Counted from the first letter of the stretch, positions 36,662 through 46,816 are shown. The stretch: DNA of 64,000 nucleotides from a virus (IMGVR_UViG_3300032245_001567:2140-66139); one strand, 5' to 3'. The notes: a model not told the origin generated them from the letters alone. Program-made: numbers and translations.

Positions 36662-38473
36662 TTATTTTTTGGCTAATTGCAATCGGTACACTTTTGCAGC
36701 AACTTTATCGCCTACTTCCCTTGCCTCGTCTGCATCATAGCGTTTCCCATATTCAACTTGATATTCGCGTTTTACGGCTTTACCTTCATAGTTTTTGGCA
36801 ACTTTTTGGCTAAGTTTATCAAATCCAATATGACCACCTTCACCATATTTATGAGTTTTCATACCAACTTCAAAATATTTATCTTCATCCCACAATTGGT
36901 TCATCAAATTCTTTGCTTGTGATTTAGATAAATTTTCTTTATAGACCTCTTCATCATCACTTACGCCTTTTCTAACCCAAACATAATAACTTGATTCAGT
37001 TTCTCCACCTTTTGCAAACATAGATGATTTTGAAAACTCGATATAATTTTCAGCAGCCTCCATTGCATCACCTTCAGCCATAGTTCTCTTTCCACTCATT
37101 TTAGAATCATCTAACATTGGATTTACTCTTACGCCTTTTTCGATGTTTACAACTTGGATTTCGCCATTCTTGTCTTCGATAATCAAAAACGAGCCATCAG
37201 TCTTTAGGATTTTATCGCCTTGGAAAATTCCATGCTCTAACCATCCACCTTGAGCCATATAGCCACCTTTAGCCATTTTGTCAAAATCATCTTCCCTTAA
37301 AACTGTTCTTAATGTGTCTCCATTTGGGTGGTAATTTTCAATTTCTACAAAATACATTAGGTTGCCTTGAAAATCTTTCTTTTTAGAAATTATTTTAGCC
37401 ATTTTGCCATTGTATTTAATCATACCACCTTTAGCCATATATCCACCTTGAGCGAGATATTCTTTACCAATAACTTTTTTGTGTTCTTTTGCTTCTTCCA
37501 AAGTAACTACTTTACCTATTTCACCTCTTGGTATTCCTAAATCAATCATTTCCTGAGCCTTCTCTTTTGTCGTAGGTCTTGTAATGATATACCAATATCC
37601 ATCTTTTTCAGAAACTGCTACATAATTTTTTTCGGAAACATTACCACCTTTAGCCATTTTGCTTGGAGCAACTTCGATTTCATAAGTGATATCTTCACCA
37701 TGTTTCTTAGTCATTTTTGTCAAATGGTAATCTTCAAACATCTCTCTTGCTTCGCCTTTGTTTCTTGCTCTTACGATTTGTTCGTCGACCATCTCCCCGT
37801 CTTTATAAATTTCTACTAAATAAGCATCGTCTGAGGAGTAAACATTACCACCTTTAGCCATTTTGCTTACTTCTTTTACGCCCCAAATAGCCATATCACC
37901 AATAGCAAAACCAACATACCCATCTTTCATTGATTTGTATGCATAGTATTTTACGCCTTGGGGATTTGCTACGTTGATAAAAGTAACTTTTTCTTTTTCA
38001 TTACTCTTACCCTTATTTACAAGATTTTTACTGCGAACTTCCAATTCAACTTCTTTGCTATTGGAAATTCCACTTGAATAAGTGATTTTGATTTTATCTC
38101 CTTTTTTAAGAGAATCTATATCAACTGAATCAAGTTCACCTCCTCTTGCAAATCTTTTGCCTTCACGAACACCTTCAAGAACTTCTTCGGCATTCATTGG
38201 GGTAAAGTACAAGTCACGCTCTAAAGGAAGTCTGAACTTACCAACTCTCAAGTTTTCCAACTCTTTCCTTGAAACGCTTCCAACTTCTACTTCATCCAAA
38301 CTTACAATAGCCCAAAGATAATCAGGGTCATTAGGGTCACTATTGATAATGAACCATAAACCCTTACCATAGGGATTGAAAATCTTGGCGATAACTTTTT
38401 GATTTTTTAAATCACTACCTTTTGCATATTGGGCGAACAACTTTTTGTCTATGCCACTTGTAAATAATTTCAT
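36662..38473 (-). CDS. modular polyprotein: DUF2958-like domain plus small modules joined by nine xAxGG linkers
   Basis: KIFNPYG..W...EVGSVSRKEL...LERDLYF; FARGG, MAKGG x4, LAQGG, MAQGG, FAKGG, YGEGG. Confidence 0.8.
   Translation of the reverse strand: MKLFTSGIDKKLFAQYAKGSDLKNQKVIAKIFNPYGKGLWFIINSDPNDPDYLWAIVSLDEVEVGSVSRKELENLRVGKFRLPLERDLYFTPMNAEEVLEGVREGKRFARGGELDSVDIDSLKKGDKIKITYSSGISNSKEVELEVRSKNLVNKGKSNEKEKVTFINVANPQGVKYYAYKSMKDGYVGFAIGDMAIWGVKEVSKMAKGGNVYSSDDAYLVEIYKDGEMVDEQIVRARNKGEAREMFEDYHLTKMTKKHGEDITYEIEVAPSKMAKGGNVSEKNYVAVSEKDGYWYIITRPTTKEKAQEMIDLGIPRGEIGKVVTLEEAKEHKKVIGKEYLAQGGYMAKGGMIKYNGKMAKIISKKKDFQGNLMYFVEIENYHPNGDTLRTVLREDDFDKMAKGGYMAQGGWLEHGIFQGDKILKTDGSFLIIEDKNGEIQVVNIEKGVRVNPMLDDSKMSGKRTMAEGDAMEAAENYIEFSKSSMFAKGGETESSYYVWVRKGVSDDEEVYKENLSKSQAKNLMNQLWDEDKYFEVGMKTHKYGEGGHIGFDKLSQKVAKNYEGKAVKREYQVEYGKRYDADEAREVGDKVAAKVYRLQLAKK
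37636..37868. repeat. 29-bp exact direct repeat encoding SKMAKGGNV
   Basis: aaacattaccacctttagccattttgctt at 37636-37664 and 37840-37868. Confidence 0.9.
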
Positions 38474-38474
38474 A

Positions 38475-39197
38475 TTAATCGTTTCTATGTTTTTTTGATT
38501 GAACTATTACTCCTTTGGAGAATTGACCTGCACCCGCCAATTTCTTCGCTTGTGCAATTTTACCGCCCAACTCAAGGTATGGGAATCCTTTGCCTTGTCT
38601 TACATCGCTCCTATTGGCTCTACTTTCATAATAGGGCTTATTGGTTTTTTTACTTATCCTGCGCCCTGGAGGTAATGCTTTTCTTGGAGCATCTCTTTCA
38701 ACATCAGTCCCTTTTTTGTATTGAGGCATCAACTTCAAGAAACTACTTAGTTTTTGATATTGCTTTTGAGCAGCACTCTGAACTTTTGCTCTTTGAGCAC
38801 GGAAGATTTCTCCCGCTCTCTTTAAAGCATCTCCCCATGGTTCACCTTCTTTACGAATTTCTTTTGCCAATTTGGCTATTTCACCCTTGTTAATTTTGGT
38901 GATTGAAGGTTTACCCTTAGCGGTTTTGGGTTGTTTAACGTGTTTCTGAAGCACCTGCTTCGCTTTCGCTTGAGGAGTTACGGGAGTAGGCTCTTTTTTT
39001 TGAAGAGATTTGAATGCTTCATCATAACCGCTTTGCTTTAATTTGCTTAACACGGCATCAAACTTAGCACCAATAACTTCAAGGGCTTCTTCGTCCGTAA
39101 AATTATCGGTGTCCTCTCTCATCGCGTCGATGATGGAAAGGGCTTTTTCTGGTAATTTCGACCTATCGAGGTCTTCGTATTTCTCTTTGTAAGTCAT
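38475..39197 (-). CDS. basic putative DNA-condensing/core protein
   Basis: K-rich; WGDALKRA; RKALPPGRRISK..YYESRANRSD; LELGG. Confidence 0.6.
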   Translation of the reverse strand: MTYKEKYEDLDRSKLPEKALSIIDAMREDTDNFTDEEALEVIGAKFDAVLSKLKQSGYDEAFKSLQKKEPTPVTPQAKAKQVLQKHVKQPKTAKGKPSITKINKGEIAKLAKEIRKEGEPWGDALKRAGEIFRAQRAKVQSAAQKQYQKLSSFLKLMPQYKKGTDVERDAPRKALPPGRRISKKTNKPYYESRANRSDVRQGKGFPYLELGGKIAQAKKLAGAGQFSKGVIVQSKKHRND

Positions 39198-39207
39198 AAT
39201 TTATGTT

Positions 39208-40209
39208 TTAAAAATCCAAATCCAATTCCTCGTATTTGGAGGCTAATTTTTCTTTCTTTTGTTTTTTCTCAGTTGGTAATTCAACTTTGGTTTTGATTTC
39301 GGTGATTTTAACAGAAGTCTCTTTTGCTTTTTTAGGCTCTTTTATACTTGGCGATGGTGCTAACCCTTTTTCCGCCCTATACTCATCATAAATAGCCTTT
39401 AAAGAAGATTTGAACAACTCAAACGCTTCGGGAGACTTATCTTTCAACTTGTGAATTTTATCCCATGGCAAATTGCTCAAATATTTCATGAACTCATCGT
39501 CTATTTCATCATCTAAAAGGAAATTCAAGTAAGAAAATATGTTTTGTACATCCTTCCTATCTAAAAGAGGATTTTGATTGATTAATCTTGGCTCTCTCTT
39601 TTGTTTAGTAATGATAACATTTGCAGGGGTTTCTTCTTCCACCGACCAATACGTCAAATCAGATAATTTATCCAAGAGTTTGAAAAATATACTCGAATAG
39701 ATTATTGAATTCATTTCATATTCGGGAACAATATCCTTAATGGTTTTACCATTAGATTCATTATGTTTTATAATAAAAACTAATCCCTCAATATTTAACC
39801 CTAATGCATGAAAAACTATCTTTTGTTCACCCAAATACTTCAAAAGGCTTTGAGTAAACATCACTATCTTGTAGGTTTTTTTATCGTTTTTGTATTGATA
39901 ATTATCGCCAATGCTTATACCTCCCGACTTTTCTATGTTGGCTGGATTCTCCAATTCTAAAAAAGTTGGGTCATCATCATTCATGACTTGCAAGAACAAT
40001 TTTTTCTCACTTATCATATTTTCAATCATAAACGTTTTATTCAAGAAGCCTTCGGGATTTTTAGAATTAAAAAATGGATAATATGAGCCGTTAATATTGC
40101 CTATTGTATTTGGACTTAGCCTTAAATAAAGCCTATCCCCATACAAATCAGCCTCCGTTAAAGGGATAAAAATCCCCATGCTACTTAGATATAAGTTTCC
40201 TACAATCAT
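39208..40209 (-). CDS. hypothetical protein
   Basis: Ends KYEELDLDF. Confidence 0.7.
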   Translation of the reverse strand: MIVGNLYLSSMGIFIPLTEADLYGDRLYLRLSPNTIGNINGSYYPFFNSKNPEGFLNKTFMIENMISEKKLFLQVMNDDDPTFLELENPANIEKSGGISIGDNYQYKNDKKTYKIVMFTQSLLKYLGEQKIVFHALGLNIEGLVFIIKHNESNGKTIKDIVPEYEMNSIIYSSIFFKLLDKLSDLTYWSVEEETPANVIITKQKREPRLINQNPLLDRKDVQNIFSYLNFLLDDEIDDEFMKYLSNLPWDKIHKLKDKSPEAFELFKSSLKAIYDEYRAEKGLAPSPSIKEPKKAKETSVKITEIKTKVELPTEKKQKKEKLASKYEELDLDF

Positions 40210-40500
40210 TTAGTTTAAAATTTTTAAATTCTGAAGATATTTTAATTGCTCTTCAATGTTTGCAATGTTCCATGAAAGAGGGGACATTGTACCCTTTTTA
40301 TCAATCACATGAACTTCTATTTTCCCATCGACAACATTTACCAAAGTACGAGAATATTCAACTTTCATGATAACGCATTCTTTTTCGTCATCCATATAAA
40401 AGTTGATTGATTTCAAATCAAACCCATGAGTTTTGTTAGCCATGCTAAAAGCCTCTAACAACTCATTCATTTTTTTCTTTTGTCTATTTGTTATCATCAT
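40210..40500 (-). CDS. hypothetical protein
   Basis: Coupled ORF. Confidence 0.65.
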   Translation of the reverse strand: MMITNRQKKKMNELLEAFSMANKTHGFDLKSINFYMDDEKECVIMKVEYSRTLVNVVDGKIEVHVIDKKGTMSPLSWNIANIEEQLKYLQNLKILN

Positions 40501-41963
40501 CCTAATACTCTATTAATCGCGTCTATTATTTTATCCCTACGCTCATCAATTTTTGGAATATCCGAAGCAGGAGTATTGTAAATTTCTGGGGAAGCATCAC
40601 TAACAATTACAAACGCGTTATTAATTGAATCAATCAATTTAGAACGCAATCTCCAATCGGAAGTACCCTTGGCTCTTTCTCTATCTACAATTCTACGAAT
40701 TGCTTTTTCGATATCTTTTGCAAGAAGCATCTCTCCCAAATCGCCAATGCGATAAAATTCATCCTCAATGGCTTTTTCATTCGATTTGAAATTATTTGAA
40801 GGATTACTCAAACCACCAATAATCATCAAAGATTTGTCGTTTACTTTAGTTTGAAATAAGCCTTTATTTTTTAAATCCCAAAGGTAATTTCTATATTGAT
40901 TGAACAAAAGATTCATTTCAGATTTGTCGTATATAGTCCGACCATACCCCGTCAATTCTTTACCATACATTTTTCTTATAACTCCTTCGGTATTTTGCCA
41001 AAGACCATAACGGAAAAATCTTGGGTCTGCACCTGCAACGGCAATTGCATCTCTATCAAGTGGAGCACCATATTCTTTCAAAACCCATGAAATTAAAACC
41101 TCATTTTTACTTTGTTCGTAAATACGAGCACCATAAATTCTAACTTTTACTCCTGCTTGTTCCATTTGCTCTGCAAACATCATAATAGGAGTAATTTTAG
41201 CCAACATACCTTGGCTATTTAAACTTGAAGAAGCATTTATAGGTACAAAAACATCTAAGTATTGAGGCGCACCGCCTTTTTTAGGTCTAATCAAATAGAT
41301 TTTCTTGGTCTTGGTAGCAAATTTTAATCTATATATTTTACCATCCATTCCTTTCCCACTCACGGGGGAAGTAGCGTACATATTATCGCTTACCAAAATC
41401 AACTTGGCATTGGGCACATTTTTCAAAATTTCAAACGTCCCCGTTTGTTGCCTTCTTACACGATATTGCTTTCCATCAATATAAGTATAGAAATTTGATT
41501 GTCCTTTACCTAACTCGATTTTCTCAACAAAGTTGCCATCTACTAACTCATCCAATTCCTCAACATACCACTCCACCATGCGATAAAGCGTAGGAGCAGC
41601 CAACGAAAAATCAAAAGTACCACTTGGGTCTTCAGTAGGTTTTAACCTATCTTTTTCTAAAACCCCACCTAAATCAATCTTTTGAATTAAATCCTCGGTT
41701 AATTCTTGATATTCTTGTAAGGCTTTTTGATTGACGTATCGGGTGATATTTTTTAAGTCTAATTGCTCTCTTGCGGATTTACCCTTTTCAATTTCATAAA
41801 AATCATATTCCGAGTTATTTAAAAAATCTACATTATAAGCCCTTGGTTCTACATAGATAGGGTCATCAACTTTTTCTTTGGTAATTGGGTTAATACGCAA
41901 TCCATCTTGTCCTTCTCGGACAAAGTCACTATAACTCTCAAAAATACCAAAATACTTTGTCAT
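40497..41963 (-). CDS. VWA/CobT-like partner of the AAA+ ATPase
   Basis: G.FDF, YLDVFVPINASSS degenerate MIDAS, EQAGVKVRIYG, LKEYGAPLD; directly follows the AAA gene. Confidence 0.55.
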   Translation of the reverse strand: MTKYFGIFESYSDFVREGQDGLRINPITKEKVDDPIYVEPRAYNVDFLNNSEYDFYEIEKGKSAREQLDLKNITRYVNQKALQEYQELTEDLIQKIDLGGVLEKDRLKPTEDPSGTFDFSLAAPTLYRMVEWYVEELDELVDGNFVEKIELGKGQSNFYTYIDGKQYRVRRQQTGTFEILKNVPNAKLILVSDNMYATSPVSGKGMDGKIYRLKFATKTKKIYLIRPKKGGAPQYLDVFVPINASSSLNSQGMLAKITPIMMFAEQMEQAGVKVRIYGARIYEQSKNEVLISWVLKEYGAPLDRDAIAVAGADPRFFRYGLWQNTEGVIRKMYGKELTGYGRTIYDKSEMNLLFNQYRNYLWDLKNKGLFQTKVNDKSLMIIGGLSNPSNNFKSNEKAIEDEFYRIGDLGEMLLAKDIEKAIRRIVDRERAKGTSDWRLRSKLIDSINNAFVIVSDASPEIYNTPASDIPKIDERRDKIIDAINRVLG

Positions 41964-41966
41964 AGA

Positions 41967-43358
41967 TTAGAATATTTTACCCCCGTAAGTCTTGTTGAAA
42001 TTCTTAACCATCTTTTCTGCTTCTGCTCTTTGAGCCTCGGTAGAAAGATTATCTAATGGTCTTGAATTTACTTCGGGAATTACTGAATCAATGAAAGTTT
42101 GAATTGGAACTTCTGAGTACAAATTGGTTTGCTGAATTTCGGTGAACAACTTAACAAATGACAATACACCATCTTGCAAGGTTTTTGGTCTTGGATTTGG
42201 GTTGCCATTCATTTCATTGATACGATATGCCAAATAAGTATCTTTAAAGTTGTTCATGATACGAGCAGAAATAAACGCTTCGTTTCCATATCCCAACCTT
42301 TCAATTGCTTCACGCATCTGAATCAAGAATACGAATAAGAAAGCCATATTGATTTCTTCGTAAAGAACGCCATTTACATACTTATTTTTGATTGTAAGTA
42401 CTTTATTGTATTCCATTTCATAATCGTAAAATACACGATAAGTACTACCCGCAAATCTATCTTGCAAAGAAGCATCTTGTGCAAAGTTTGCAGTATAGTT
42501 AGGGTCGGGTCTTAACAACAAAGTGTTACCCGTACCAATTGCGAAGAAGTTTTTCAACGCAATACGCTCGTTTCTACCATTGTAGATGTATTTGTCCATT
42601 ACCTTGCCATTAACCACTCTTGGGGGGTCTTTTAAGGTAGACAAAGCATCGTTCATGATACCCGCAGTATTAGGGTCTAATTTTGGCAACTCGTCAATCA
42701 AAAGCAAAGCACCTTCATAGGGCTTGTTTGTTTCAGGATTAATATCCAACTCTAAGTTACCCCATGCACGAACCAATTTACCTTCTTGATAACCATCGAT
42801 AGTTTGACCACCGATAATTTCCAAAGGAGATGTGAATTGGTTACAATTGATTGTGATAACTTGATAGCCTATGGCATTGGCAACTTCTTTCGCGATGAAA
42901 GTTTTACCCGTACCAGCAGAACCATAAAGATACACATTGTTGTTGGCAGCGAAATCACTCATGATAACCCAAAACAATGCTCTTTGTTGAGATGCTTGGC
43001 TTACATTCATGGTTTGCGAACCACCCGCAGTAACATTTACTACGGAAATAGTTACGCCCTTTAACTTATCGATATAGTCTTTTACTTCGGGGGACAATTG
43101 ACTCAAGGAAATTTGCTTAGAAGAAAAAACCTCTTCTGCAATTCTTTTCACCTCTTCGTCATCCACTCCACCCGCAGTGCTAATCATATTTGACAATGCT
43201 TGAAGTTGAGCCAAGGCATTGCTTGAAGCCATACTTGATGAAACTGAAACGGATTTAAGGGTCTCCAACCTTCTTTGAAGAATTTCCCTCGTGCTATCAT
43301 CCAATTGACCTGCTAATGCTTTCTCAATAGATTGTATTTTATCTTGTTTGTTATCCAT
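41967..43358 (-). CDS. MoxR/CobS-like AAA+ ATPase
   Basis: GSAGTGKT, LLLIDE, GTGNT, QDASLQDRF, ISAR. Confidence 0.88.
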   Translation of the reverse strand: MDNKQDKIQSIEKALAGQLDDSTREILQRRLETLKSVSVSSSMASSNALAQLQALSNMISTAGGVDDEEVKRIAEEVFSSKQISLSQLSPEVKDYIDKLKGVTISVVNVTAGGSQTMNVSQASQQRALFWVIMSDFAANNNVYLYGSAGTGKTFIAKEVANAIGYQVITINCNQFTSPLEIIGGQTIDGYQEGKLVRAWGNLELDINPETNKPYEGALLLIDELPKLDPNTAGIMNDALSTLKDPPRVVNGKVMDKYIYNGRNERIALKNFFAIGTGNTLLLRPDPNYTANFAQDASLQDRFAGSTYRVFYDYEMEYNKVLTIKNKYVNGVLYEEINMAFLFVFLIQMREAIERLGYGNEAFISARIMNNFKDTYLAYRINEMNGNPNPRPKTLQDGVLSFVKLFTEIQQTNLYSEVPIQTFIDSVIPEVNSRPLDNLSTEAQRAEAEKMVKNFNKTYGGKIF

Positions 43359-44343
43359 ATACTTGTGTTAGTGCGTTTTGTATGTTTGTTAGTAATTCCA
43401 TATTACTCATTTCGGGTAAACCCGCTTTTTTGCCAATGGCTTTAAGTTGATTAGCCCCAAAAATATTTATCGTTTTAAATGCTTTTTGTTTTGTATCAAT
43501 CACTTCTTTCATTTCACCACGAGGAATCCCCATTGCATCTTCAAGTGCATCTATAAGCCCTTGTGGATTACCCGATTTATGGGATTTGCTTTTTGTGGTA
43601 GGTAAATGTTGATTAGGGTCTTCGCCATCACCTTCACCATCGCCTTCTCCTTCTCCTTTTTCTTTTCCTTCGCCATCACCATCGCCTTCACCATCGCCTT
43701 CGCCTTCGCCATCACCTTCGCCATCACCATCGCCATCACCTTGTTCTTCACCTTCTCCTTCTTCTTCTCCATCATCTCCACCTTCGCCATCGCCTTCGCC
43801 TTCACCATCGCCTTCGCCTTCGCCATCGCCTTCGCCTTCGCCATCGCCTTCGCCTTCGCCATCGCCTTGTTCTTCTCCTTCTCCTTCTTCTTCTCCATCA
43901 TCTCCACCTTGACCATTTCCTTCATCTTGGCTTGGTTCGGTTTTTTCTTCGGCTTTATCAAAGTTTTCAAGGTCTTCTTCGTCAAGTTCTCCTTTTTCCA
44001 ATGCATCAATAATATCTTCAAGAGAAACTTTCTTCTCTTTTTCTTGTTTTTGCGGTGGAGGAGTTTCTTCTTTGGATTGATTATCAATTAATTCATCAAA
44101 GTATTTTTTGGCATCAAGGACATCCTGATAAGAAGAAATTTGAAACTCTTTAAAATCCAAACTATCTCCATCAGTGTTAACCTTGTCTACAATAATTATA
44201 TCATTTAGAGCCTCGAAACGAACTAAAACGCCCGTTTTTGGAAAAGTTTTCTTCCAAAGTCGCATCTTATTTCCTTCGTTTTTCTTGGTAAATGACATAG
44301 TTGTGCCATCTCCAAGTTCAAGGTATTGAATATCTTCACTCAT
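43351..44343 (-). CDS. protein with long acidic G/D/E linker
   Basis: (GDGEGE)n tract, as in CobT-like linkers. Confidence 0.75.
   Translation of the reverse strand: MSEDIQYLELGDGTTMSFTKKNEGNKMRLWKKTFPKTGVLVRFEALNDIIIVDKVNTDGDSLDFKEFQISSYQDVLDAKKYFDELIDNQSKEETPPPQKQEKEKKVSLEDIIDALEKGELDEEDLENFDKAEEKTEPSQDEGNGQGGDDGEEEGEGEEQGDGEGEGDGEGEGDGEGEGDGEGEGDGEGGDDGEEEGEGEEQGDGDGDGEGDGEGEGDGEGDGDGEGKEKGEGEGDGEGDGEDPNQHLPTTKSKSHKSGNPQGLIDALEDAMGIPRGEMKEVIDTKQKAFKTINIFGANQLKAIGKKAGLPEMSNMELLTNIQNALTQVYG
43620..43920. repeat. coding low-complexity tandem repeat (GDGEGE units)
   Basis: tcgccttcgccatc arrays; GGDDGEEEGEGEEQGDG unit occurs twice. Confidence 0.9.
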
Positions 44344-44372
44344 GATTTAGGTGTAAAAGTACAAAGTTTATT

Positions 44373-46805
44373 TTAGAACACAAAATCAAGGTCGTTATAC
44401 TTGGCTTTAAGATTCTCAATCTTTCCGCCCTTCTCGAACCTACTATCTTGAACTTTTGAATTAAATTCAATAGCGTTTGCCCACTTGATTTGATGAGGGT
44501 AAAAAACAACAAAACTTCCTGTTGTATTGATTTCTCCATTGACCAAATCGTCGGGATTGTCCTCAAACATCAAAATTCCATCGTATTGAGTATTCCCTTT
44601 CACAAATTCTAAAAATGGCACACCTCTACGAACAAATTGCCAAATTTTCATTTTCATGTTCATTATTTGGTCAAGTTTTTCTTGAGATAAACCTCTTAAA
44701 GAGGGGACAATATCCAAAGAATTTAATCCATATTCATCGCTCAAAACATTCAAAATTTCGTTCATTGGAACTTCTTGAAGCCCATATCTTCTAAGGTCGA
44801 TAGGGTTTTTCATGTTAACGAAAACTTCGTACATATAACCTTCACTTCCTCTTGCTTGAGCAAACCATTCTGAATAAGAGCGATTATCACCAAAATAGGC
44901 TACGGGGAATCTATCGAATTTCCAAGCGTAGAAGTCGGCATCACTACCATGAAATAAAACCAAAGGCTCTTCCGTAATTGGGTTGATAATTTTGCTCACG
45001 CCCGAATAATCGTTGGTGTAAAATGCAGAAACCCAATCGCCAAACCAATCGATAAATTGAGGTGTTCTTACTCGTTGAAATTGAGATTTCGTTAATTGAC
45101 TTTTAACTCCGTTAATGGCAGTTTCATTGCTCAATCCACTATCATCTACCTTTTTTGCAAAATAGGTGTTCTCTAACTTATCAATCAGTTCTATAGGGTC
45201 AAGAACTTCAAGTTCATAACGCATTTTCAAATCAAAAATTCGATTCAATTCCCTATCGATTTGTATCAATTTAGGATTCTTATTGTCATCAATCAAAGAA
45301 CGCATAACCTGAAGTTGTACCTCTTGCTCTTTTAGGGCTTGGATGATGGTTTTTATACGCTCAACTCTTCCTTCATCAACTTGTTTTGGTTCTGCAACTT
45401 GCTTAGGTTGAATATCCTCAAATGCTAAATCACTTACATCGGCATTTAACTTAGCCGAAAACATAAAAGAATATTTTGGTAAATTGATTTTTTCAGAATA
45501 ATACTCATCTAAGGTTCTTTCGTAAGGATTAAAATCCCCGTGATTTTTACTTATGTCTAACCTATCTTCAATTTCTGAGCCATCTTGCCAAACAAATTTA
45601 ACCTTAACCTTGTCATAAGTCCCATCACCTCTAAGTTCTTCTTTTGGATAACTAAATTTTAACCAATCTTCAAACTCTTTAAACGTAGTGAAAGTTTTGT
45701 TAACCCATACATCTTCAATGTATTTGATAGGTACTTTATTGCTTTCAGGCAAAGTTACTATCGGGGATTGTGGTGTTTGTTCATCATTGAGAGATAAATT
45801 TCGAATATTAGATTGTAATGAAATTTTATAAAAAGGATTAGAGCCTTGTATATAATTATTTATAAAGATGCGTAAAAAAGTTTCAATATTTACGTTACTT
45901 TCATTCCAATTGAACCCATCCCCAACTTTCATTTTTAATGAAATAGTTGAATCGTCTTCCCAAACAAATTTAATAGTTATTTCCTCTGATTTCGGAGGCG
46001 ATAAACTTGCCAATTTTTGACTATATTCTTGTATGAATTCTAATGCACTATCAAAACTATTCCTGATTGTTGAATCTGAATCTTCAAAGAAAAATTGAAT
46101 ATAATCTATTGGAACTATTTTTTGAATTTTAGAAGCAACATTATCATCAATTCCAAGTTCTTCTATCTCGCTTTTTAAAGCGACTTCGTCAAAAAGGAGA
46201 TTGCCACGTTGTAATTGATTAAAGTAATTTTTTAAGAAATTAGGAATTAGAGATGGGTAAAATTCACTATCTTTATTCAAAAGTAAATTGAATTTAACTT
46301 TTGAACCATCTTCCCATTTAAAATCAAAGAAAAATTTAATAGGTTCTTTTAAAGAAGCATTTTTTATTTTAAGGATTTGTTTTTTTAAATACTCATTTGC
46401 ATCATTAAAAGAAAATAAGAATTTATTAGAACCATCGTCAGTGTTTGTTATTTTAATTATTGAAATACCAATTAATTTTTTAGCGTTATTAGAATCATTG
46501 TCTACAACCCCACCATCAGCCATTTTAGGCGTTTTATTAACAATTTCACCACCGCTTTCAAATGCGACTCCTCCATGGTCTGAGTTTAAAGTTGAAAGGA
46601 TTTCTTTTGGGGTCATCAATTTCCCTTCAAACTCGTATTTTTCCTTGGATTGTACGGCAGGTTTTGTAATTACAACCTCGCCACCTTCTACCTCAATTGG
46701 TTCATTAGTATCCACGTTGATACCCTTTATTCCACCTTCTGAATGTGGTTTACCTACAAGATATCCACCTTTCTTAGCGTCTTTTGTTTTGATTTGTTTT
46801 GCCAT
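44373..46805 (-). CDS. polyvalent protein: HxxGG/EGGE domain, three LPD25-like repeats, ADP-ribosyltransferase-like (ART-PolyVal) domain
   Basis: GKPHSEGG..EVEGGE; KWEDGS/VWEDDS/VWQDGS with YDKVK; FIDWFGDW, PLVLFHGS, YF, VNMKNP, YDG, VVFYPHQIK. Confidence 0.75.
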   Translation of the reverse strand: MAKQIKTKDAKKGGYLVGKPHSEGGIKGINVDTNEPIEVEGGEVVITKPAVQSKEKYEFEGKLMTPKEILSTLNSDHGGVAFESGGEIVNKTPKMADGGVVDNDSNNAKKLIGISIIKITNTDDGSNKFLFSFNDANEYLKKQILKIKNASLKEPIKFFFDFKWEDGSKVKFNLLLNKDSEFYPSLIPNFLKNYFNQLQRGNLLFDEVALKSEIEELGIDDNVASKIQKIVPIDYIQFFFEDSDSTIRNSFDSALEFIQEYSQKLASLSPPKSEEITIKFVWEDDSTISLKMKVGDGFNWNESNVNIETFLRIFINNYIQGSNPFYKISLQSNIRNLSLNDEQTPQSPIVTLPESNKVPIKYIEDVWVNKTFTTFKEFEDWLKFSYPKEELRGDGTYDKVKVKFVWQDGSEIEDRLDISKNHGDFNPYERTLDEYYSEKINLPKYSFMFSAKLNADVSDLAFEDIQPKQVAEPKQVDEGRVERIKTIIQALKEQEVQLQVMRSLIDDNKNPKLIQIDRELNRIFDLKMRYELEVLDPIELIDKLENTYFAKKVDDSGLSNETAINGVKSQLTKSQFQRVRTPQFIDWFGDWVSAFYTNDYSGVSKIINPITEEPLVLFHGSDADFYAWKFDRFPVAYFGDNRSYSEWFAQARGSEGYMYEVFVNMKNPIDLRRYGLQEVPMNEILNVLSDEYGLNSLDIVPSLRGLSQEKLDQIMNMKMKIWQFVRRGVPFLEFVKGNTQYDGILMFEDNPDDLVNGEINTTGSFVVFYPHQIKWANAIEFNSKVQDSRFEKGGKIENLKAKYNDLDFVF

Positions 46806-46816
46806 TTTTTTAAAGT

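Noticed and set aside
43620-43920. Possible CRISPR array or iteron
   Set aside because: 6/18-bp coding units with no unique spacers
43551-44091. Alternate-frame ORFs 43551..44087 (-) and 43606..44091 (+)
   Set aside because: Shadows of the GDGEGE coding repeat, which lacks stops in other frames
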